Positions 56,950 through 64,000 of a stretch of DNA of 64,000 nucleotides are shown here, one piece after another. The notes under the pieces are model-generated. The model was not told the origin of the DNA. It ran no database searches and was given only the letters and a program-made list of their open reading frames with translations. Made by a program: the position numbers and the translations under genes. Within the stretch, counting starts at the first letter, position 1. Every line of letters starts with the position of its first letter. Origin of the DNA: Deltaproteobacteria bacterium. GTDB taxonomy: Bacteria; Myxococcota_A; UBA9160; SZUA-336. The stretch spans positions 3,424 to 67,423 of the forward strand of contig JAJDAK010000011.1 in the NCBI GenBank assembly GCA_029261895.1. The letters run 5' to 3'.

Positions 56950-57422
56950 AAACGCCGACGCAGGAAGTACCCGATCGGCAAAGCGAGCAACATCGCTGCC
57001 ATCGACAACGCGACCGGGTGATCAAATCGGGCCAAATGACCCGCGATCGCCGCTCCGCCGAATGCCGCGAGCCCGAGTGGCAGTACGCAGAAAAGAAACA
57101 CACTCAGCCCCAACCCGAGACCACCGGCTTTCAGCGCGGACTTGATGCGACTCGGCGCCACGCCATCCACACTGAGACTCAGCGTAGACGGGCCCTCCGA
57201 TAGATCCCAGTCAAGACCGCTGCAACACTGGCGCTCGAACTCCACAAGTTCTTCCAGCTTACGCTGCAACTCCGGGTTGCGCTCAAAGGTCCACGTACAA
57301 CCATTTGCGCGCTCGTCCTTCCCCGTTGCGAGCGGAAGCAACTCGCTGCGGATCATTTTGATTCGTTCCTGGAGCTCATCCTCCGGAAGATTGCAGAAAT
57401 CAGTGGACTGGCAGTTTCCCAT
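56946..57422 (-). CDS. Cys-Cys motif soluble domain + two-TM MerT/MerC-like tail; putative metal(loid)-response protein
   Basis: C.L...R...ERQCC; membrane segment FCVLPL..FGG. Preceded by a MerR-type promoter. Confidence 0.6.
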   Translation of the reverse strand: MGNCQSTDFCNLPEDELQERIKMIRSELLPLATGKDERANGCTWTFERNPELQRKLEELVEFERQCCSGLDWDLSEGPSTLSLSVDGVAPSRIKSALKAGGLGLGLSVFLFCVLPLGLAAFGGAAIAGHLARFDHPVALSMAAMLLALPIGYFLRRRF

Positions 57423-57454
57423 GTCATCGATCCTTTCGGCAGAATGATGCGCTG

Positions 57455-57485
57455 AAGATAGCGCTTCAAGTTAACTTTAAGTCAA
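57455..57485 (-). promoter_or_regulatory. MerR-family (SoxR-box-like) promoter TTGACT-19-TATCTT
   Basis: The 19-bp spacer region carries the 18-bp palindrome CTTCAAGTTAACTTTAAG (57464-57481). Confidence 0.8.
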
Positions 57486-57556
57486 TAGGTAGATTGCGTC
57501 GCCAGCGCGCTGGTGATAAGAGGGGAAGGTATCGCTCCCCAAGCCAAGGAGAAAAC

Positions 57557-59053
57557 ATGGCCGCGCCTCAAATCCTCGAACCCGTTCAAGATTTTCTAAA
57601 CCAATCTCAAACGTTGCTCATCGATGGCAAATGGGTTGCGCCCGCGAACGGCGAGACTTTCGTGGTGGAAAACCCCGCCACCGAGGCCCATATCGCGACG
57701 GTCGCCCGTGGCGGGCCCGCGGATGTCGAGCGCGCCGTCACAGCCGCGCGCCGGGCGCTTGAGACAGGTCCTTGGCTACGTCTCAACCCCAACGAACGCG
57801 GCAAAATGCTTTGGCGCCTGGCGGATTTGATTGAACAGCATAGCGAGGAATTCGCTCAGCTCGAAAGCCTCGACAACGGCAAACCCCTGACCATGGCGCG
57901 TGCCGCCGACGTCGCTCTTACGATTGATCACTTCCGCTACTACGCAGGTTGGGCGACCAAAATTGAGGGAGAAACCATCCCGATCAATTCGCCAACCGGC
58001 GGCATGTTTCTCGATTACACCTTACGCGAACCCGTTGGAGTCGTTGGCCAGATCATCCCCTGGAACTTCCCACTGCTGATGGCCGCGTGGAAACTCGGTG
58101 CAGCGCTCGCGTGTGGTAACACCGTGGTGTTGAAGCCCGCCGAGCAAACACCACTCACAGCGATCCGCCTGGGGCAGATGATCTGTGAGGCGGGTTTCCC
58201 CGATGGCGTGGTCAACGTGGTCACGGGATTCGGCGACGCCGGGGCCGCATTGGCGCAACACCCCGGCGTAGACAAGGTGGCGTTCACGGGCAGTACTGAA
58301 GTTGGACACGAAATTGTTCGCGCTTCGGCAGGCAACCTGAAGCGCGTCTCACTTGAACTCGGCGGCAAGAGCCCCGCGATCGTTTTCGATGACGCCGATC
58401 TCGAACTCGCCGCAGCTGGCGTGGCGGGAGCGATCTTCTTCAACCACGGTCAATGTTGCGCGGCCGGGTCTCGCCTCTTTGCGGGACCGAAAATTCGTGA
58501 AGAGTTGATCGAACGCGTACGCAAGATCGCGGCGGATACTCGACTCGGTGATGGCTTCGACCCCTCAACCGATATGGGCCCGCTGGTCTCACGCGACCAA
58601 TACAATCGAGTCACCGACTACATCCGGTCAGGAACCGAACAAGGCGCAGCCGTGATTCACGGCGGCGACGCGCGCCCGAAGTCGCTCGAAAAAGGACATT
58701 TCGTGAAGCCCACGATCTTCGGAAGCGTCACCAATGAGATGCGCATCGTCCGCGAAGAAATTTTTGGGCCGGTGGTTTGCGTGCAGGACTTCGAAGACCT
58801 GGATGAGGTCATAGGCCGTGGCAACGATACGCCCTACGGTCTTGCGGCAAGCGTCTGGACCCGCGATATCAACAAAGCGCATCGCGTGGCCGCAGGCTTG
58901 AAAGCGGGAACCGTGTGGATCAACTGCCACAACGTGTTCGACGCTGCAGCACCTTTTGGCGGCTATAAGAAGAGTGGGTACGGACGCGAGATGGGTCGGC
59001 ACGCGCTCGAACTCTACACCCAAACCAAGAACGTGGTCGTCAATCTGGGTTAG
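57557..59053 (+). CDS. Aldehyde dehydrogenase
   Basis: IPWNFP, KPAEQT, FTGST, LELGGKSP, GQCCAAG, EEIFGPV. AAGGAG upstream of ATG 57557. Confidence 0.95.
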   Translation: MAAPQILEPVQDFLNQSQTLLIDGKWVAPANGETFVVENPATEAHIATVARGGPADVERAVTAARRALETGPWLRLNPNERGKMLWRLADLIEQHSEEFAQLESLDNGKPLTMARAADVALTIDHFRYYAGWATKIEGETIPINSPTGGMFLDYTLREPVGVVGQIIPWNFPLLMAAWKLGAALACGNTVVLKPAEQTPLTAIRLGQMICEAGFPDGVVNVVTGFGDAGAALAQHPGVDKVAFTGSTEVGHEIVRASAGNLKRVSLELGGKSPAIVFDDADLELAAAGVAGAIFFNHGQCCAAGSRLFAGPKIREELIERVRKIAADTRLGDGFDPSTDMGPLVSRDQYNRVTDYIRSGTEQGAAVIHGGDARPKSLEKGHFVKPTIFGSVTNEMRIVREEIFGPVVCVQDFEDLDEVIGRGNDTPYGLAASVWTRDINKAHRVAAGLKAGTVWINCHNVFDAAAPFGGYKKSGYGREMGRHALELYTQTKNVVVNLG

Positions 59054-59054
59054 T

Positions 59055-60560
59055 TTGAAACTGCACTGGCTCGATGGCGCGCTGCTCCTTGCTTATTTCG
59101 GCGGGATCGCGGCACTCGGATTATTCTTCGCCAAGAAAAACCAAGATACCGAGGAGTATTTTCTTGGAGGTCGAGGTTTTTCTGGCTGGGTGATCGGCCT
59201 CAGCATGGTCGGAACCGCGATCAGTTCGATCACGTTTCTATCGATGCCCGCCGATTCTTTTAAAACCTATTGGTTACGCTTTCTCCCCTACGCCTTCGTG
59301 CCGATCGCCGCACTGTTCGCCATCGTGTTCTTCATCCCCCTCTTTCGGGCGCAGCGCATCACATCCGCCTACGAGTACTTAGAAACGCGTTTCGGCCCAT
59401 CGATTCGGACCTATGGTGCGGCGACATACATCGTCGCGCAGTTGCTCCGGATTAGCCTGGTGCTCTACCTCGTCGCCCTGCTCCTCCACCGGCTCACGGG
59501 CCTTGATCAAACGCTCTGCATCGTGATCGCGGGTGCTTTCGTGGGGCTGTATACGGTGGTGGGCGGGATCGATGCAGTGATCTGGACAGACGTGATCCAG
59601 ACCGTCGTTCTCGCGTCGGGCAGCCTGCTCTGTCTCGCCGTCATCATCTACAAATTACCAGGAGGGCTTTCGCAGATCTTCGAGGTCGCGAACGCGCACT
59701 CAAAGTTCGCGCTCGCAAGCTTGGTCGACGGCAAACCCTTGCCGATGTCCTGGGGACTCAACCTCGGGGAGAAAACCATTCCCTTGATGGTGATGATGAG
59801 CGCGACGTTTTTTTTGACCGAATACGCGACGGCCCAGCATTTCGTGCAGCGCTATTGCGCAGCGCGCAGTACCCGCGAGGCGCGAAAGGCGATGCTTGTG
59901 CAAGTCGCCATCGCGATGCCCATTTGGTTGTTCTACATGTTCCTCGGTACCGCGCTCTTCGTTTTCTTCCATGTCTTTCCTGCGACCGAAGCCAGCGAGA
60001 TGCTCAACGGCACGCGACGCGCCGAAGGCATCGTGCCCTTCTTTGTGCTCAACCACTTGCCCCCAGGAATCGCTGGATTGGTGATTGCCGCAGCGCTCGC
60101 CGCCGGCATGTCGTCACTCGATTCAAGCATCAACGCGGTTGCGACCGTTGCGGTCGTAGACATCTACAAGCGTCATTGGGCTAAGGACCGAGAAGATCGT
60201 CACTACCTTCGCGTCGCTTGGGTTGTCGCTGCTGCCGCTTCCGTTCTCATGTTGATCGGGGCGTCACTCCTGCTTCACGCGGAAAGCACCACGCTTCAAG
60301 ACACCTCGATCAAATTGACTTCACTCGTTGGCGGCGGCATTCTCGGCGTCTTTCTCTTGGGATTTTTCACACGCGTCGGCGATACGCGCGCGGTTTGGTG
60401 CGGCATTCTCTGCACGCTGGGCTTTACACTCTGGACGATGTTCGGAAGCGTGCCGTTCGACAGCTACTACACCGCCACAATCGGCAATCTACTCATGTTC
60501 GCCATCGGTGCAATCCTGGGGACGGTCCTTAAAAAGTTGCAGAAATCTGCAACTTTTTAA
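59055..60560 (+). CDS. Sodium:solute symporter family transporter
   Basis: EEYFLGGR, SAYEYLE.RF, GG..AVIWTD, VQRY, MSSLDSSIN; multiple TM helices; TTG start. Confidence 0.92.
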   Translation: MKLHWLDGALLLAYFGGIAALGLFFAKKNQDTEEYFLGGRGFSGWVIGLSMVGTAISSITFLSMPADSFKTYWLRFLPYAFVPIAALFAIVFFIPLFRAQRITSAYEYLETRFGPSIRTYGAATYIVAQLLRISLVLYLVALLLHRLTGLDQTLCIVIAGAFVGLYTVVGGIDAVIWTDVIQTVVLASGSLLCLAVIIYKLPGGLSQIFEVANAHSKFALASLVDGKPLPMSWGLNLGEKTIPLMVMMSATFFLTEYATAQHFVQRYCAARSTREARKAMLVQVAIAMPIWLFYMFLGTALFVFFHVFPATEASEMLNGTRRAEGIVPFFVLNHLPPGIAGLVIAAALAAGMSSLDSSINAVATVAVVDIYKRHWAKDREDRHYLRVAWVVAAAASVLMLIGASLLLHAESTTLQDTSIKLTSLVGGGILGVFLLGFFTRVGDTRAVWCGILCTLGFTLWTMFGSVPFDSYYTATIGNLLMFAIGAILGTVLKKLQKSATF

Positions 60561-62302
60561 GGACCGTCCCCGCGAATGAGCTTTCCGGGCAAGAAACCCG
60601 TCGGTTCGCCGTTTTCATAGATCACGTGGCCTGAAACCAGGGTGTAGTCATAGCCCCGGGCGCCTTGAAAAAGTCTGCGACCCCCTGCGGGTAGATCAAA
60701 GATCATTTCGGGACGAGTCAGATCGAGGCGCTCAAAGTCAATCACGTTGACGTCAGCCTTCATTCCCGGCGCAAGTAGGCCGCGATCCCAGAGCCCGTAT
60801 TGTTCGGCGGTATCGCGGGTTTGTCGACGCACAATGAATTCCAACGGTAGGCGTTCACCGCGTTTTCGATCACGCACCCAGTGCATCAACATGAACGTGG
60901 GTGTACTCCCATCACAGATGGCGCCACAGTGCGCACCACCATCAGCGAGGCTCAGTCCGGTCTGCGGATGTTTCATGGTTTCGAGAATTGCGTCGAAGTT
61001 CCCTTGCGCGTAGCCAAAAAGCGGAAAGTAGAGGAACCCCTTGCCGTCCTGATCGAGCATGGCGTCATAAACCAGCTCAGCGGGGCTGCGACCACTGCTT
61101 TCGCAAAGCCCAGCAATCGACTTCGATGCGTCGGGCTCATAGTCGTGCTCACCACGCATCGGAAACATCTTATGTGTACTCGCAACCAGGAACTCGAGAA
61201 AGATCGGGGGAATCGGCGGGTCCTCGGGGAGGCCGTCGGTTCTGAGCTTGCCACCATCAATGAGCCGAGCGCGCACCTCTGGCCGTCGGAGTTGCGCGAG
61301 TCTTTGCTGGAACGGCAACTCCGCAAGCTTGGCGTATTCGGGGTGCCCGATAAACGGGTGAACCGTCGTCTGCCAACCCATCAAGACGCCAACCGGCCGA
61401 CCTGAAAATTGACCACGCAACTGCGTAATGCCTTCGGCCCGTGCTTCATCGAGCAAGCGCAGCCCCTCCTTATAAAGTTCCGGCGCTTCATCGATCTGCT
61501 GCAAATTAAACGTGACGACACGCCCTGTTTCGCGCGCGAGATCCTTCATCCACTTCATCTCGTTCGGAACTTCACGATGTGTGACGCTCATTTGGAACAC
61601 GCCGGCTTCCAATTCGCCTAAGACACGACCGATGCCAAAGAGCTCCTCACGGTTCGCGAAGGTTCCCGGCACAGCGTCGCCTGTAAGCGTGCGATGGAGT
61701 TCCGTACGGGATGTTGAAAATCCGAGTGCACCGGCACGAATGCTTTCCCGCACAATCTCACGCATCGCCTCGATATCTTCCCCCGTGGCATCCTCATTGC
61801 GCACGCCGCGATCACCCATGACGTAGGTACGCAGTGCGCAATGCGGGACCTGCAGCCCATAATCGATCGCATGCAGGCGACGCTCGAGCGCATCCATGTA
61901 CTCGGGGAAACTCTCCCACTCCCACTCGATGCCTTCGTGCATCGCGGAACCGGGAATATCTTCAACCGCTTCCATCAGGTCGATCAGGTCGCCGCGCTGC
62001 GCCTCGTGAACCGGCGCGAAACCAACGCCGCAATTTCCCATCACGACAGTCGTTACACCGTGGTTCGATGACGGTGTGAGGTAAGGATCCCACGTCGCTT
62101 GTGCATCGTAGTGTGTGTGAATGTCGACCCACCCGGGCGTAACAAGTTTGCCCTGAGCATCAATTTCCCGGGCACCCGAACCTACATCTGTACCAACCGC
62201 GTCGATTTTGCCCTTGGAAATACCAAGATCAGCTTCGAAGGGGGCCGCCCCACTACCATCGACCACCGTCCCGCCACGTATCACGACATCATACTGACTC
62301 AC
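60557..62302 (-). CDS. N-acyl-D-amino-acid deacylase-like amidohydrolase
   Basis: PGWVDIHTHYD, VMGNCG, ADGGAH. GTG start at 62302 with AGGAGG RBS. Confidence 0.9.
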   Translation of the reverse strand: MSQYDVVIRGGTVVDGSGAAPFEADLGISKGKIDAVGTDVGSGAREIDAQGKLVTPGWVDIHTHYDAQATWDPYLTPSSNHGVTTVVMGNCGVGFAPVHEAQRGDLIDLMEAVEDIPGSAMHEGIEWEWESFPEYMDALERRLHAIDYGLQVPHCALRTYVMGDRGVRNEDATGEDIEAMREIVRESIRAGALGFSTSRTELHRTLTGDAVPGTFANREELFGIGRVLGELEAGVFQMSVTHREVPNEMKWMKDLARETGRVVTFNLQQIDEAPELYKEGLRLLDEARAEGITQLRGQFSGRPVGVLMGWQTTVHPFIGHPEYAKLAELPFQQRLAQLRRPEVRARLIDGGKLRTDGLPEDPPIPPIFLEFLVASTHKMFPMRGEHDYEPDASKSIAGLCESSGRSPAELVYDAMLDQDGKGFLYFPLFGYAQGNFDAILETMKHPQTGLSLADGGAHCGAICDGSTPTFMLMHWVRDRKRGERLPLEFIVRRQTRDTAEQYGLWDRGLLAPGMKADVNVIDFERLDLTRPEMIFDLPAGGRRLFQGARGYDYTLVSGHVIYENGEPTGFLPGKLIRGDGP

Positions 62303-62573
62303 GGAAACCTCCTGATCGGCACATCCTATCAAACCCAGCACATGCCACGCTGGATCCTCACCGACGTTCTATGCACATGGGCAGCCCGTCCTTCGGGCGG
62401 ATGCACTGGCGTGCGCCGCCACCAAAGGGGAATACGCGAAGCGCGCTCGAAAAAGTTTCGCTTTGTGCTCGACCCAGGGCAAGTCAGTCATATAACCGAT
62501 GACCTCCCCGGTCCGTCTACCCCCTGCACGCTGGTACTGCTAAAAGCCGACCTCTATGACTTCAGCTCTAGCC

Positions 62574-62605
62574 TTGACTCTGTAGTAAGGTACAGGGTCT
62601 ACAGT
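62574..62605 (+). promoter_or_regulatory. MerR-family metal-responsive promoter TTGACT-20-TACAGT with operator GACTCTGTA-N6-TACAGGGTC
   Basis: Overlong spacer with a dyad (8 of 9 bp matching), resembling mer/zntA/cad-type promoters. Confidence 0.82.
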
Positions 62606-62624
62606 ATCAGCATTGGAGATCGCG

Positions 62625-63038
62625 GTGGAATCCATGACAATCGGACAAGTGGCCAAGCAGACCGGTGTCGGTATCGAGACCGTTCGCTTCTACGAGCGCG
62701 AGCGGATGATTCCCAAGCCGCCTCGTCGGTCTTCCGGGTACCGCGCCTATCCGCTGGAAACCATTGCTCGCGTGGCATTTATCCGCAACGCGAAGGAGCT
62801 GGGCTTCTCGCTGCGAGAAATTCGGGAACTACTCTCCCTCCACGTGGACTCGCGCGCAAACTGCAAAGCGGTAAAGCAAAGGGGCGAAGAGAAAATCGAG
62901 GATATCAACAGCAAGCTCCGACGCCTTCAACGCATGAAACGCGAACTCACCAAACTCTTGCATGCATGCAATGAGCGGCAGCCAACTGGCCCCTGCCCAC
63001 TCCTCGATGCGCTCGACCACAAAGACCTCGGCCTTTAG
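62625..63038 (+). CDS. merR: MerR-family heavy-metal-responsive regulator (Hg(II)-type Cys triad)
   Basis: TIGQVAK..GV..ETVRFYER, GYRAY, AKELGFSL.EI. Three Cys spaced 35 and 9 residues apart, as in MerR C82/C117/C126. Confidence 0.85.
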   Translation: MESMTIGQVAKQTGVGIETVRFYERERMIPKPPRRSSGYRAYPLETIARVAFIRNAKELGFSLREIRELLSLHVDSRANCKAVKQRGEEKIEDINSKLRRLQRMKRELTKLLHACNERQPTGPCPLLDALDHKDLGL

Positions 63039-63046
63039 ACGGTGCG

Positions 63047-63253
63047 ATGATGGAAATAACATCAACCATCACCTGCCCGCATTGTCAGCATACGAAGGTC
63101 GAGGAAATGCCGACGAACAGTTGCCTCTTCTTTTACGAGTGTGCCGGTTGCCAGCGTCGGTTAAAGCCGAAGTCGGGAGACTGTTGCGTATTTTGCTCGT
63201 ACGGAACTATTCGCTGTCCACCAAAACAACAGGAAGAAGGGTCCGACACATGA
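63047..63253 (+). CDS. GDCCVxC domain-containing small Cys-rich protein
   Basis: STITCPHC...MPTNSC..FYECAGC...LKPKSGDCCVFCSYG...CPP. Confidence 0.88.
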   Translation: MMEITSTITCPHCQHTKVEEMPTNSCLFFYECAGCQRRLKPKSGDCCVFCSYGTIRCPPKQQEEGSDT

Positions 63254-63633
63254 CGAGTTCCATCACAGCACTGGATTGGGTCGCTCGAAGGCGCAGCTGG
63301 TTTCTGTTTTGGGGTGCACCCTCGATTGCAATCGCGGTTTCTGTCGTAGTGACATCAGATCAAATGACGCTAGGAATCATCTGGAGTGCAGCATTACTTC
63401 TTATGAGCGGTGCGTGCTTGATGAACGCTCGTCGCTGCGGCCGCCTGCACTGCTACCTCACCGGCCCATTTTTCCTCGTGATGGCTCTACTGTCGATGGC
63501 GGAGGGATTGGGGATCATCTCCCTCGGCCCCCACGCATGGCCACGGCTTGGTGCGATCCTAGTCGCCGGTGGCGCTTTCCTTCACTTCGTCCCCGAAAAG
63601 CTCTGGGGCAAATATCGGCAGCGACAGGACTGA
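63250..63633 (+). CDS. Four-TM membrane protein with a C-x2-NA-x-RC-x-R-x-HC motif (putative metal transporter)
   Basis: ATG 63250 overlaps the previous stop; ACLMNARRCGRLHCYLTGPFFL. Confidence 0.72.
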   Translation: MTSSITALDWVARRRSWFLFWGAPSIAIAVSVVVTSDQMTLGIIWSAALLLMSGACLMNARRCGRLHCYLTGPFFLVMALLSMAEGLGIISLGPHAWPRLGAILVAGGAFLHFVPEKLWGKYRQRQD

Positions 63634-63806
63634 CCCGACACTCACCGGCACATCCGCCGAGACCGAGTCACCCTGAAACCTGACCCGGGCTGGGGTGTGT
63701 CGATCATGGCATCACTTACTGATGCTCTTCCTCGGGATGCCTTCCTCAGATTCTTCCGTATGGATCCTATGGGACCCTTCGAGTAATGTGTTGATCGGAG
63801 GAACCC

Positions 63807-64000
63807 ATGTCCCACCAAGACATCGTTGAAGATTTACCCTTTAAGCTTGGACAACTCGACCACGTGGTGCTCCGGACAATCAACGTTCAGACGATGCTGG
63901 ATTTCTATGCTGCGCTCGGTTGCAACGTCGTGCGCAGCAGTGAGAAACTGGGTATGCATCAGCTAAGGGCCGGGTCCTCAATGATTGACATCGTCGACGC
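63807..64000 (+). CDS. VOC family protein, partial (runs off the window)
   Basis: GGAGG RBS; LDHVVLRT..VQTMLDFY..LGC...QLRAGSSMIDIV. Confidence 0.8.
   Translation, partial: MSHQDIVEDLPFKLGQLDHVVLRTINVQTMLDFYAALGCNVVRSSEKLGMHQLRAGSSMIDIVD

Noticed and set aside
62099-62974. 291-aa plus-strand ORF
   Set aside because: It spans an antisense gene start, a promoter and merR in another frame, and has no motifs.
63047-63253. Selenocysteine recoding in the GDCCVxC protein
   Set aside because: All motif positions are Cys codons and there is no in-frame TGA before the terminal stop.
6577-63633. A functional link between the HgcAB-like operon and the mer-like module
   Set aside because: They are about 55 kb apart, have different regulators and operators, and share no motif. 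The co-occurrence may be coincidental.
1-64000. tRNA, rRNA, integrase, transposase or prophage genes
   Set aside because: None recognised by eye or in the ORF track. tRNAscan-SE and ISEScan would be needed to exclude them formally.

Overview
A gene-dense, moderately GC-rich bacterial window with about 60 CDSs and no rRNA, tRNA, CRISPR array or transposase that I could detect. The gene content suggests an aerobic degrader of lipids, steroids or aromatics, possibly Myxococcota/deltaproteobacterial (weak inference). Main observations: (1) A translationally coupled tetR - SAM methyltransferase (CpaM-like) - fused HgcAB-like corrinoid/ferredoxin operon at 6.6-8.9 kb, with its own promoter and operator. 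(2) A 1274-aa four-domain fusion of FGGY kinase, 2-hydroxyacid dehydrogenase, SCP2 and class II aldolase. (3) A ~25-kb catabolic cluster at 9-34 kb encoding a Rieske oxygenase, a P450, a CoA-transferase pair, acyl-CoA ligases, heteromeric acyl-CoA dehydrogenases and a hydantoinase/oxoprolinase A+B pair. It shares a palindromic operator, CTGAC-N5-GTCAG (5 copies), with the fusion gene, which suggests one regulon. (4) A c-di-GMP-I-like riboswitch variant followed by an unannotated 25-aa ORF and a hairpin. (5) A QueG/reductive-dehalogenase-like enzyme fused to SCP2. (6) A Rieske oxygenase with inverted domain order. (7) Two MerR-type promoters: one drives a merR - GDCCVxC - membrane protein module with no adjacent merA, the other drives a Cys-Cys membrane protein. 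All product calls come from motif recognition by eye; no database search was run.
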